NCBI GenBank assembly: GCA_963716725.1
Contig: CAVQUB010000021.1
Span: forward strand, 128,001-192,000
DNA length: 64,000 nucleotides
Reading direction: 5' to 3'
From: an uncultured delta proteobacterium
GTDB lineage: Bacteria > Myxococcota_A > Polyangia > Polyangiales > Polyangiaceae
Positions 13,886 through 25,000 of the stretch are shown here, in pieces. Position numbers and translations under genes: made by a program. Below the pieces are notes generated by a model. That model did not search any database. It had not been told where the DNA came from and saw only the letters and a program-made list of their open reading frames with translations. Positions within the stretch are counted from its first letter, which is position 1; every line of letters begins with the position of its first letter.

Positions 13886-13901
13886 CGGCACGACGCGTGC
13901 A
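13886..13901 (+). promoter_or_regulatory. sigma54 -24/-12 promoter for the PilZ gene
   Basis: CGGCACGACGCGTGCA has exact GG-N10-GC spacing with GGCACG; followed by GGAGG RBS and ATG 13924. Confidence 0.7.
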
Positions 13902-13923
13902 ACGGCCCCCCTCGGAGGTCGAG

Positions 13924-14265
13924 ATGGAGAAGCGAACCAGCCCCCGCACCAAGACAAACGTCGTGCTGAACGCCCGGCAGGGCAAGGCTAGCTACACGCT
14001 GCGTTGTACCGAACTCTCGCAGACAGGACTCTTGCTCTGCGTGCCGCGGGCGCTGAAACAGACGCCGTGGCCGTACCTGCGCGCGTCCATCGCGCTCAGC
14101 GACGGACCGGTCAACCTGCTCGCCCGGCGGATCGGCGAGCGGGGCAATCGGGTCGCGTATGCGTTCATCGTGCTCGATGACGCGTCGGAGGCCCGGCTGA
14201 CGGACTTCCTGTTCGACTGCCTACACGAACAGCAAGTGGGTCACCGACGCCGGCGTGCGGCGTGA
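13924..14265 (+). CDS. Stand-alone PilZ domain protein
   Basis: EKRTSPR (RxxxR) and ELSQTG (D/NxSxxG-like); GGAGG RBS before ATG 13924. Confidence 0.8.
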   Translation: MEKRTSPRTKTNVVLNARQGKASYTLRCTELSQTGLLLCVPRALKQTPWPYLRASIALSDGPVNLLARRIGERGNRVAYAFIVLDDASEARLTDFLFDCLHEQQVGHRRRRAA

Positions 14266-14266
14266 T

Positions 14267-14977
14267 TCAGCCCTGCTCGAACTCCGTCCGACGGCCTTGC
14301 TGCACCATGATCTGGTCATACTCCTGGTACAGCGAGTGACCGGAGTGGGTCTTCGGCAAGTCGATGCCCAAGACCCGCGCTGACAGCAGGCCCGCCAGCG
14401 CCAAGACTCGATCACGCTCGGTGTAGCGCCCCACGCAACGCAGATCGGAGAGCTTTCGCTTGATGGTGGCCGTGAGACGGTCGGCGAGGCGATCTGGGAT
14501 GTGCGGCATCTCGAAGCTGGGGGTCAGCTCCTCGGCGAAACGCGAGATCGGCGGCGCGAAGTCCTCGTCCGCCTTCCGATGACGGCGAACGCTGCGCGCT
14601 TGCGCGTTGCTGATCGCGTCGTCGAGCACTGACTCGATCTGCCGGACCTCGAAGGGCTTGGCGATGAAGGTGATGGCCAGGTGCCGCGCCAGTCGCTCGA
14701 GACGCGGCTCGTCTTCCCCAGTGACCAGCGCGATGGTCATGTCGGGGTTGTTTTTGCGCAAGAACTCGCCGAGCACGAGCCCGTCCATGTCCGGCAGCCT
14801 CTGATCGAGGAAGGCCACCTGGAAAGTCCAGAGCGGCAGGAGCGCCATGCCCTCTTCCGCCGACGCAGCTGGCAGAGCTTGATGGCCACGGCTGGTCACC
14901 ACGCCGACCAGCACGCGACGCACGTCGTCGTCGTCGTCGATGACGAGCACGTTGAGTTGCTCGGCGTCGTGATCCAT
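14267..14977 (-). CDS. Response regulator (REC) with an unrecognised C-terminal domain
   Basis: Start MDHDAEQLNVLVIDDDDD; AFLDQRLPDMDG; VTG; AKPF. Confidence 0.85.
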   Translation of the reverse strand: MDHDAEQLNVLVIDDDDDVRRVLVGVVTSRGHQALPAASAEEGMALLPLWTFQVAFLDQRLPDMDGLVLGEFLRKNNPDMTIALVTGEDEPRLERLARHLAITFIAKPFEVRQIESVLDDAISNAQARSVRRHRKADEDFAPPISRFAEELTPSFEMPHIPDRLADRLTATIKRKLSDLRCVGRYTERDRVLALAGLLSARVLGIDLPKTHSGHSLYQEYDQIMVQQGRRTEFEQG

Positions 14978-15043
14978 CCGCTGCCCTCCGATTCGGGAGC
15001 GTACCACGCCCGCGCGGTGACTTCTGCTACACTGCGTGGCTGG

Positions 15044-16255
15044 ATGTCGTTCCACCTCCGGTCCGCCGGACTCGTGCTCATCGGGGCCTGGGCGATGCTC
15101 GTTCCCAGTTGCCTGGGCGTGGACGCTGCCAGCGTCAGCCCCGTCCCAAAATCCGACGCTGGGGTGGACGCTGACGCGGCCGGACTCGCCGACGGATCGT
15201 GGGCGTGCTCGCCGAAGACCTGCAAGGACCTGAACGCCAACTGCGGCGAGACCAGCAACGGTTGCGACAAGCTCGTTCAATGCGGCAGCTGTCCCACCGG
15301 TGAGAACTGCGGCGCGGGCGGACCCAATGTTTGTGGTGTGGGGACCTGCACCCCGTCGACCTGCGCGGCGGCGGGCGCCGAGTGTGGCCTGATCGGCGAC
15401 GGCTGCGGCAAGACCCTCGACTGCGGAACCTGCGCCTCACCCAAGGCCTGCGGTGTGAACAGCCAGCCCAACAAGTGCGGGTGTCTGCCCACCAGCTGCG
15501 CAGCCCAGGGCAAGGACTGTGGGAGCATCCCGGATGAGTGCGGCGGCACGCTGCCCTGCGGCAGTTGCCCTTCGGGAAAGAAGTGCGGCGCGGGCGGCGC
15601 GCCCAACGTCTGCGCGTGCGAGCCGACGACTTGCGCAGCGCAGGGCAAGAACTGCGGCAGCATCCCAGACGGGTGTGGCGGCAACCTCGACTGTGGGAGC
15701 TGCAAGGCGCCCAAGACCTGCGCGGGGCTCGGCACACCGAACATCTGCGAGTGCAGCCCGGCGGACTGTCCGCCCATCTACAAGAACAGCTTCGAATCGG
15801 CGAGCGACTACCCCACGGGCTGGGTCGCTTGGCAGAACTGCCCGACGGACGCGACTTGGAGCGCGGACCGCGAGCTGTACCCCGCGCCGGGTGGCGGCAG
15901 TTGGGGCCTACGGCTGCACACCACCGGGTTCGTCGGGGGCTGCCAGTACCCGGGAACGTACGCCGCGAGCCCGCACCTGAGCGCGCTCCCCAACCGGGTC
16001 TACCGTGTTCAAAGCTGGAGTCGTAACGCCGGCAGCACCGGGCAAACCACAATCCTGTTCTTCGACTCGAAGGACCAGCAGATCGGCGCCCAGTTCGGCA
16101 CCTGGACCACGGACAGCTGGCAGTACGGTGCGGACCCGCCATTGATGGCCACCTCGCCCGCAAACACCACTACGCTGGTCATTCGCTACTCCCTGCAGAC
16201 CCCTTCGGCGTACGCCGACCTCGACCTGCTCGAGGTCTACCTCGAGCCGCTCTGA
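15044..16255 (+). CDS. Secreted or lipo-protein with four Cys-rich repeats of about 45 aa and a C-terminal carbohydrate-binding-like beta-sandwich
   Basis: Signal ending LVPSC; repeats CxPxTCAAQGKNCGSIPDGCGGxLDCGSC; C-terminal NSFES...ADLDLLEV. Confidence 0.8.
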   Translation: MSFHLRSAGLVLIGAWAMLVPSCLGVDAASVSPVPKSDAGVDADAAGLADGSWACSPKTCKDLNANCGETSNGCDKLVQCGSCPTGENCGAGGPNVCGVGTCTPSTCAAAGAECGLIGDGCGKTLDCGTCASPKACGVNSQPNKCGCLPTSCAAQGKDCGSIPDECGGTLPCGSCPSGKKCGAGGAPNVCACEPTTCAAQGKNCGSIPDGCGGNLDCGSCKAPKTCAGLGTPNICECSPADCPPIYKNSFESASDYPTGWVAWQNCPTDATWSADRELYPAPGGGSWGLRLHTTGFVGGCQYPGTYAASPHLSALPNRVYRVQSWSRNAGSTGQTTILFFDSKDQQIGAQFGTWTTDSWQYGADPPLMATSPANTTTLVIRYSLQTPSAYADLDLLEVYLEPL

Positions 16256-16257
16256 GT

Positions 16258-17952
16258 TCAGCAGTCGTCGGGGACCAGCTTGATGTCGTCTTCCTGAACC
16301 ACGGTCCACGACTCGGCGGGCCCGTAGCTGACGGTGACTTCCTCGGTCGGAACACCGGACGCCTTCAGCACCTTCGCCACCGAACAGCGCGGCGCACGCA
16401 CCGCGCCGGCCATGGGCATGTCGACCGGAAAGGGCGCCACCACCGGAGCCTCGCCCGCGAGCGTGACAGAGACGAGCTTGCCGCGCGCAACGAAGGAATA
16501 GGAGATGGTCCCGCCGTCCTCGCTGGCGAAGTCCACGGATCCATCGGCGGTGGGGTTGTCGATGGTCATCGACGAGAGCTGCGCCCCCGGCAGCTGCTTC
16601 AGCGCGAGCTCGAGGGCTCTGGGATAGAACGCCACGGCGTCCACGCGTTTCAGACTGATCACCCCCCGCGCCCGGGCCGCCGGGGCCGCCGAGCCCGTCG
16701 ACAGCGGGCCCGCACCCGCCCGGGGTGCGCCCGTCTCCACGATGGTGATCGTGTCGCGATCACCAAACACGGCCAGCGCGATCAGCGCCGAAGCAGCCAT
16801 CGCGAGGCCGAGCACTGCCAGCCCGATGACCGCGAGGGTCGGACCTCCCATTCCTCGCTTGCCAGCCTCGGGCCCGGCTTCCCGCAGCGTTGCGGCATAG
16901 CCCGGCGCGGTCGGCGCGGTTTGGGCGACGCGCTCCGGGATCCCCGACGGCGTGAAGCCGCCGGCCAGGATCGGGCGCGGTGAGCCCGCGGGCACCCCGG
17001 TCAGCGTCACGAAGCTAGTCGCTGGAAGGAAGGGCGCCACCTGGCGCAGCGCATCGGCGAAATCTTGCGCGCTCTGAAACCGGTGCGCGGCGTCCTTCTC
17101 CAGCGCACGCAGCGCGACGCTCTCGAGGGCCGGCGGGATCTCCGGGCGCAGCTCGCGAAGAGCGCGGGGTCGAACCTCGATCTGCTGTCGCAGCAGATCG
17201 AACAGGTTCTCCGCGTCGAAGGGGCGCTGCCCCGTGAGCGCTTCGAAGGCGATGACCCCGACCGAATAGATGTCGGATCGATGGTCGACGGTCAGCCCCC
17301 GCGCCTGCTCCGGTGACATGTAGTACGGCGTGCCCAGCAGCGCCCCGGTCCGTGTAGCGCCGCTGAGGCCCGCGATGTCGGGGCGCAGCTTGGCGATGCC
17401 AAAGTCGAGCACTTTGACTCGACCAGTGCTGGTCACGAAGACGTTGTCCGGCTTGACGTCGCGATGGGTGATGCCCTGGGCGTGGGCCGCGCCGAGGGCG
17501 TCCAGTACATTCAGCAAGATCTGCACGACGGCACCCAGCGGCGCCGGACGATGCAACTCGAGCACGCGGGCCAGCGGCGCGCCCTCGAGGTACTCCATCA
17601 CGATGTACGGGCGGCCGTCGGGGAGTCGACTCAGGTCGATGACGCTGACGATTCCTTCGTGGCGCACGACATTGACCGCGCGCGCTTCGGCGAAGAAGCG
17701 CTCAGTGACACCGGGCGCGCGCGCCGCGTCCGTGGTCAGCACCTTGATGGCTACTCGGCTGCCGATCTCGGGGTGCACGCCTCGGTACACTTCGCCCATG
17801 CCGCCCTGCCCGATCAGCGTCGCGACCCGGTAGCTGCCCACGGTCGAACCCAAGAGTGGGCACGACGCACTGTCGTTCAGCGTGCCGCCGTCTTCGGTGC
17901 AGAACCCCGGTGTGGGGTACGATCGCGCGCACTCGACGCAAACAAAGGCCAC
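16258..17952 (-). CDS. Membrane Ser/Thr protein kinase with an N-terminal Zn-ribbon-like motif
   Basis: CVECARSY...FCTEDG; GQGGMGEVY; VAIK; HRDVKPDN; DFG; GTPYYMSPEQ; TM; likely GTG start at 17952 (ORF track gives 17967). Confidence 0.92.
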   Translation of the reverse strand: MAFVCVECARSYPTPGFCTEDGGTLNDSASCPLLGSTVGSYRVATLIGQGGMGEVYRGVHPEIGSRVAIKVLTTDAARAPGVTERFFAEARAVNVVRHEGIVSVIDLSRLPDGRPYIVMEYLEGAPLARVLELHRPAPLGAVVQILLNVLDALGAAHAQGITHRDVKPDNVFVTSTGRVKVLDFGIAKLRPDIAGLSGATRTGALLGTPYYMSPEQARGLTVDHRSDIYSVGVIAFEALTGQRPFDAENLFDLLRQQIEVRPRALRELRPEIPPALESVALRALEKDAAHRFQSAQDFADALRQVAPFLPATSFVTLTGVPAGSPRPILAGGFTPSGIPERVAQTAPTAPGYAATLREAGPEAGKRGMGGPTLAVIGLAVLGLAMAASALIALAVFGDRDTITIVETGAPRAGAGPLSTGSAAPAARARGVISLKRVDAVAFYPRALELALKQLPGAQLSSMTIDNPTADGSVDFASEDGGTISYSFVARGKLVSVTLAGEAPVVAPFPVDMPMAGAVRAPRCSVAKVLKASGVPTEEVTVSYGPAESWTVVQEDDIKLVPDDC

Positions 17953-17992
17953 GCGGCAAGGATACACCGGCGGCGATCGCCGTCAGGCCTGG

Positions 17993-20900
17993 TCAGAGCC
18001 CGACCCACGCAACGCCCGACCACCGCAGTTTCACTGGTTTGCCGGTGGCTGGCAGCTCGAGCTCGCTCGACGCCAAGGCCGGTGGCGCGCCGACGGCATC
18101 CGACGGGAGCAGCGTGCCCAGCCGTATCTTGTAGGGACGAGCCGGCACCAGCTCTTCGGGCCGAGTCAGCTCGATCTCGATCTCGGCGCCGCTCGGGTCG
18201 AAGGCGATGGAGTAGAGCCCCATGGCAGCCGCCGCGATGTCAGCGGGGATCTCTTCTTTCTCTTTGCCGAAGCGGCGAACCAGCTTCACCTCGATACCCG
18301 GCAGCGCTGACGGCGTTCGGAGCAGCAGCACGTGGCGCTTCTCGGTGCGCGGGACCTCGAGCGCGGCGAAGGTCAGCGCGTCCGTCTGCCCCGTGCCGGC
18401 CGCCGTACCCGATCGCGCCTCGGCGAGCAGCGCGGCGGCGACGTGTCCAGCCAAGGTGGAGGCCGCGGCCTGCCCCGACCGACCCCCGGTCTCGACGACC
18501 CGTGTCAGCAGGCGGCGCGCGAGATCGAGTCGGCCCGCGCCCGCGTGGGCCAGCGCGCTACGAAGCACTCCCGCGGGCTCGTCGGTCGCGAGCTCGGCGA
18601 GAGCGGCGTAGGCCTGGCTTGCGTCGTCGAAGAGCCCCTCATTGCGCAGGCGGTCACCCAAGAACGCACGCGCCCATGGATCAGCCGGCGCTCGCTCGCC
18701 CAGCTCGCCGAAGGTCCGGCGCGCTTCGTCCTGCTCTCCGAGGCGCAAGAGCGCGCTCGCCACGTCGGCGAGGACCTGGGCCGACGCGAAGGGGTCGAGG
18801 CGCACGCGGCGCGCCTCCTCCGCGAGTTGCTCCTTCTTGCCCTGCGCTTCGAGCAGCGCGATGAGCCGACCTTTCAGGAAGCTGTCGTGGGGCGCGATGC
18901 TGAGGAACTTGCGCACGACGGCCAGACGCGCGTCGTCACTGCCCGCGGCACGGTAGCGCTTCTGCAGCACCGACATTGGGTAGCTCTCGCTCCCGACCAA
19001 GGCCAGCTTCACGCGCGAGAGTTCGGTCGCGTCTCGCGCACGGCGCACGGCTTCACGGCGGACGAAGGCCGAGGCCTCGATTTCACCGGCGACATCGAGC
19101 GCGCGCGCGAGCTCGACACGGCGCGCGCCGTCCTTCTCCACGAGCAGTGCGAGTTCGAGCAGCGCGCGACGATCGGCCCAGCTCTTGAGTTCACAACCGC
19201 GCTTGGCCGAGACGTAGACGTCAAAAGGGCCTTCGGAGCCGAGCCGTACGCGCCACACGCCGCGCCGGAGCGGCATCGGGAGTTGCGAGAGCGACGAGCA
19301 CTTGGTGCCGCGGAGCGAGACCCGGGGCGGCGGCAGCATGATTTCCCTCTCCACCTTCACCTTGCCGCCGAGGCCGCTCTCTGGGTACGAGAGGCCCTGG
19401 AGCGCCACCTCCACGCAGCGGTTCAGCGCATCGTCGTTGGCGAGCGCCGAGTTGCCGCGCACCTTGACGTCGCTCGGCCGACCTTCCCCGTCGATCGCGA
19501 GCGAGATCAGCAGCGTGCCGGTGAGCTCAGGCCGGAGCGCCGCGCGCGAATCACGACACGCGCGGACCGACGGCATGGCCGTGTCGATGGAGAACGCGGC
19601 CGCGGCCGACACAGCAGTGGCCAGCTCCTTCTCACCTTCAGCGTCATCGACCCGACCGGGGTGCGGCACGCTGACCAGCGCGCCGGGCGCGAAATCCTCG
19701 CTGGATTTCGTCACCGGAACGTCGTCCCACGGCGAGATCACGTCCGAGAGAGCGACGTCGAGCTGCCGCGCTTCGAGGGCGGTACCCGCGTAGCTCGGCT
19801 GCGCAGCGAAGCCCGTCCACGGAGTCATCAGCCCGGCACGCAGCGCGACATCCGTCACCGACTCACGACCGCGCCGCGCGAGGAGCAGCTCGTCGATGCG
19901 AGCCTTGGCCCAGCGCCGACGCACGTCGTCGGGCCAGGGCGAGACACGCAGCGCGACCAGCATCGAGTCCTCGTGCGAGCCGTCCTTGTCGCGCCACTTG
20001 AGGGTGATCGCGCTCGGCGGCCGGCCCCGCACGCGCCCCACGACCTCGATGGTGCTCCCAGCGAAGGCGGCGCGCGCCGTGCGTGGGTACACCTGCTCGA
20101 CCTCGGGACCGAGCACCAGCTCGACGCCAGCGAAGGCGGGACGCAGCGCATCGGCCACCAGCTCGGTGGCCGCCGCGGTCGCATCAGACGAATCCGTGAC
20201 GAAGAGCAGGGGACCCGAGCCCTGGGTCAGCGCCCGGAGCGCCCGCACGTGAGCCGTGGCCCCGACGGCAACGGCTCCCACCCGCGGCTTGCCGCCCGCC
20301 CGGCGAGCGAGCCGAGCCTCGATGCTCTTGACGTCGGGATCGCCCAGCGTCGCCCAACCGTCACCGACGTAGACGACCACGCCGGCCGGCGCATCCGCCG
20401 GCAGCGCGTCGGCGCCCGCTTCGAGGGCTCGGCCCAAGTCGGTGGCGCCCCCCGGAGCGAGCTTGCCGAGCGCGTCGATGATGGCGGTCTTGCGCGGGCC
20501 GTCCAGCGGTCCGATGGCAGCGGGCCCGACCGGACGCACGCTCTGATCGGCGCTGAGCACCACCACGCGGTCGCGGTCCCCCATCGCGTCGAGCACCGAG
20601 CGCACGAAGGCACGAGACACGTCGAGCTCCGCCGGCTCGGCGCTTCCGGAGGTGTCGATGACGAGCGCCAAGGTCGCCCCGACGTCGGGCCCCGCCTGGG
20701 CAGATCCGCTCGCACCAGCACCGTGCTTGCGTCTTCATCGCCATCCTTCTTGGCGATGTACATGCGCGCGTTGGAGTCCCAGGGCGCGAGTTCGACGTCC
20801 ACCACCAAGTCCGCGCTCGGACGGAAGTCCGGGCGGCGCGTGCGCACGCTGGTGCCCTCGACGTTCGTGCCCGAGCTCGCCGCGAGCGACCGTGGTTTCG

Positions 20901-22012
20901 CCAGCGCCGCGTCGATCTGCGCCGAGAACTCTCCGATCAGCGGCGGCTCGCCAGCGCCGGCCATCGGGAAACGGTACTGCGCGAGCAGCTTGCCGGACTC
21001 GCGCCGCACCGGCAGCCACTCGATGTACTCGACAACCACCGTGATGGTCGCGCCGCTCGCAATGGTCGGCAGGTGCCCGCGCACCCAACCTTCGCCGGCC
21101 CATTCGAGCAACGCGGGGCCCTCGGGAGCGAGCTGCACCGATTCGCGGTGCGCGAGGGCGATCTTGCCCTCTTGCAGGTCTTCGTCACGACCCCAAGCAA
21201 AACGCGAGACGATGGCGTCCGGCGGCAGCGCCATGCGGAAGTCGCCGCGAACGCCGCTGCTCCCGCCGTTGAAATAGGTGGTGGTGACCCGGGTCTCGGC
21301 GATCTCGGGCTCGAGCTTCGCGCTCACGTCCAACGCACGAATGGTGAGCGGCGAACCCGGGTCGCCGGGCTTCGAACCGAGATTCTGCACCCCAGATTTC
21401 ACCGACCGCACGCCGCGGAGGTCCGGCCGCGCCCCAGGGAGCCGCGAGCCCGCCCGTCCAGTCGTCGAAGGCCTTCTCCGGGCGGACGCTGACGTTGGCG
21501 CCTTCGATCAAGGCGGACTCGCCCGCGCGCACCTTGTGCTCGCCGTTGCCGGCGCTCACGACAATCTCGTCGTTGGCAGCGTAAACCCGAGCAGGACCTT
21601 CGCGCCGGTCAAAGCCGACACGGGCAGCGCCGGGACGCACCTTCACGTCGCCGACGGAAATCTCGGCGCGAGCCCCGACCACCCCCTCGACGAACAGTCG
21701 GCCGCTCTCCAGGCTGATCTTCGCGTCGTCGACGCTGATCTTCGTCGAGCGGTCGATCAGCACCACCGTGCCGTCGTCGAGGCGGATGCGCGCTCGACCT
21801 TGTGCGTCGGTCTCGACGCGCTGCCCGGGTGCGATCCGTACGAGACCGCGCCGCTCCCCCTCGTTCACGTTCACGCCCGGATGAACCACCGACAGGTCGG
21901 CTACGGTCACGCCGCGTTGAATGGCTCTGGGCCGCGCGATGAATACGACGCCGGCAATGATGACGCCGAGCACGACGACGATCGCGAGCGTCCGCAGGAT
22001 CTTCTTAGCCAC
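17993..22012 (-). pseudogene. FecR-VIT-vWA-TonB_C(AgmX/PglI-like)-TPR protein of about 1339 aa, broken by two compensating frameshifts (about 21390 and about 20690); either a pseudogene or an assembly error
   Basis: ORFs 21185-22012, 20227-21411 and 17993-20671 align in sequence with the intact upstream paralog; MIDAS DTSGS; GGATDLG; first and last pieces share a reading frame. Confidence 0.8.
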
Positions 22013-25000
22013 GGGTCACCTCCCCGGTGCCGAGATTGAAACGGATGGTGGGTGGACCGCCGCGCTCGAAGCGAACCGGCAGCTTGATGATCTTCTCGCT
22101 CTTGCCGAGCTCGTCGAACACGACCGTGAGCGTCAGCTCGGCACCGAGCCGCGCGGCGGCCTCGACGTCGCCCTTCTCGATCCGGATTTCCACCCACCGA
22201 GCCCCCTTCGAGGGCATGCGCGCCTGTGCGATGCCCAAGGTCACGTCCCCTTCGGACGCCGGCATCGCTGCACCGAGCGCGTTGGTGTAGAGCACGGGGT
22301 GCAGCTCGGGATGGGACCAGGTGAGCGTCACCCGCGCGCCTCGGCCCGTCTTCGCGCCCTCGGAAGCCAGCACACGTTCCGCGCGCGCGGCGAGATCCTC
22401 GGCCTCTTGTTCCCGCTTGCCTTCGCGGGCAGCCAGGCGTCCCCACGCGAGGAAGGTCGCGGCGAATGCCCGCGAAGTTGCGGCGGGGCCCGAATCGACA
22501 TCGGGGGCCCCGGCGCCGTGGCCCTTCTCGGTCCAACGCACGGCTGCTTCGACCTGGCCCTCGCCCTCGGCGGCCGCGGCCAGCAGGAGCGCGACGCTCG
22601 AGTCGTCAGGCGTGATCGTCGCCAACGTCTCGTATTGTCGACGCGCGTCGGCGAACCAACCGTGAGCTCGAAGTAGATCGCCGAGGCGGCGACGCGCCAC
22701 TGGATCGTCCGGCGCGAACTCCACGATCTCGCCGAAAGCGCGACGTGCGAGGCCCTCGTTCTCGGCCTTGCCCTTCGGCTCCTTCATCGACGCGGCGATG
22801 CGCAGGTAGAGTTCGCCAATGGAGGTGCGGACGTGCGCATCCGCATCGGGCCGCGCGCGCAGGCGCTCCGCGAAGTCCGCAGCTCCCGAGAAGTCCCCGG
22901 CATCCTCCAGCGCGTCGAGAAGACGAAGCGCCAGCGGGAAGTCGTCGGGCCACTCCCTCACGAGCACTCGCAACTTTGCCGCGCGCAGGCTCGGATCCTT
23001 GGTCTCGGACAGCAACTTCTCGAGCATGCCCGGGTCCATGCTCTTCAGCCCGAGCGCAGCGTGCAGCTCGCGCATCTGCTGCGCCGTCTTGATGCGAGCC
23101 ACAATGCCTCGGTAGAGCGAGTCGGCGGCGGTGGCGTCGTTCTGCATCAGCTTCCAGAGCCCGACGCGCATCTGCACGCTGCCGAGGGCGTCGAGCATCA
23201 GCGAGAGCAGGCGTCGTCGCTCGGTCCAGCTCGGCGCTTCACAGCCCCGAAGCGCCGTCTGATAGACGCCGAGCACACCGCCCGGGCTGCCCGCCATCTT
23301 CGAGAGACGCTCGCGCCACAGGGTCACCCGATCCGAGAGCGGGAGATCCGCCGCGGCGCTGCAGCGGATCACGAAGCGAGGGATCACGTCGAGCCCGACC
23401 ACGACGAAGGGAGCGTCGATCTTCTCGGGCTTGGTTCCCCCACCGCCGCCGGGCGAAAACATGATCGGGTAGCTGACGGTGACGATACCGCCTTCGGGCT
23501 GCGGGAAGCTGAGACCGGTGAACGCCGCAACGACGCAGGCGACCACGCCGGAGTCCGGAACGTCCGAATCCCCATTCCTGGCGTTCGCCACCTCACCCTG
23601 AGCGTTGATCACGAAGCGAACGGCGACGCGGCCCTCGAGGTTCGGGTTGCGTTGGAGCCCTTGCTCGTAACACAGGCGAAAACGTCCGAAGTTCTGCCGC
23701 ACGATGCGCTGCACGACCTCCGGCGGCAGCTTTCCGGTGACCTGAGTCGCGCCCATGCGCACCGACGGCACCGACGTGGCGTGAGCGCCGCCCAGGCGCC
23801 CGTGCCCGGAGCCGAAGCCTTGACCGGATCCAGTCCCAGCGCCTTTGCCGATGGTGCCGATCGAACCGAGTCCGATCCCTTCGCCACGACCGCCGCCACC
23901 TTCACCGATGCCGCTCAGACCGAGACCGCCCGCACCGGAAGCATCCCCGATCTGGTCGCCCCAAGTGTTGCCTTTCGCCGACTTCGTCTCGGGAGCCTCG
24001 CTGGGTTTGTCCTCCCCGGCCGCCGGCGCGCGTTCTGCCTTGGCGACGGGCGCGGCCGCCGTCGCGGCGGCCTCGGGCGCCGGCGCGGCCGGCGGCGATG
24101 CGGCCAGCGAGTCGTCTCTCCCCCAAGGCGCCGTTGGAGCGCTCGGATCCCCCCCCGCACCGGTGTTCAAGAGGCCGATCATCCCAAACTCGGAGCTGTC
24201 CTTCAGGGCCTGCTGACGGGCGATGTGAGGGTCCGCGTTGTCCCGGGGTCCTTCCACGCCGTAGCGCTTGGCCGAGGCGCTCGCGGGGCGCCCCATCGAT
24301 CCCTCTTCACCCTTGGCGCGGGTGCCAGTACCGCCTTCTTTGTTGTCGGACTTTGCGGTCTCCTCGGCCACTTCTTCCCGCTCGCGCTCACGCTCGAGGT
24401 CTTCCTCCGTCATGCGCTTGCGCCGCTCTTCGGCCAGCTCCCGCGCGGTTGGTACGTAGTAGGACGTGACCGGAGTGATGATGCCAAAGCGTGAGCCGAC
24501 GTCGACCATGGCGGCCCTGCCCGCGCGCTCGCGGAGCAACTCGCCGAGCCGTGCCTCGGCCCAGCGACGCCGAAGGTCACCCTGATCGTCGAGGGCCCGC
24601 GGATCGAGCGGCAGCTCTTTCTTGCCCTCCCGGGTCGTCACCGTGATCTTCCGGGGGGTCGCGCCTGCGGTGCGACCGACCACGATCACGGTCTCGTCCG
24701 CTACGAGCGCGCCCGAACCCCGGGGATAGATGCGCTCCACGCTCTCGCCGAGACTGATCTCGGTTCCGAGCCAGGCCGGCCGCTCGGCACGCTCGAGCAC
24801 TGCGAGACCCGCACGAGCCGCCGACGCCGCGTCGTCGAGTCGGCTCGCGAAGCCGCCGCTGGCGAGCCCCGCGAGCAACGCCATGTCGACGTCGCGCCCG
24901 ACGCCGAGCGAGAAGACCCGCGGCGGTCGCGGCAGCTTGCTCATCTTCTGCTCGAGATCCTTGAGGGTGATTTCGCCGACGGTGGGCAGACCGTCGCCGA

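Noticed and set aside
18332..21277. Long plus-strand ORF (981 aa) and similar long antisense ORFs, e.g. 22833-24494, 29273-30961, 33631-35298
   Set aside because: These are shadow ORFs opposite real genes. High GC suppresses stop codons, and the translations carry no motifs.
20685..21393. Programmed frameshifting or phase variation as the explanation for the split VIT-vWA gene
   Set aside because: The runs are only 3-4 nt, there is no slippery heptamer or obvious stimulatory structure, and a similar indel in gnd points to sequencing error.
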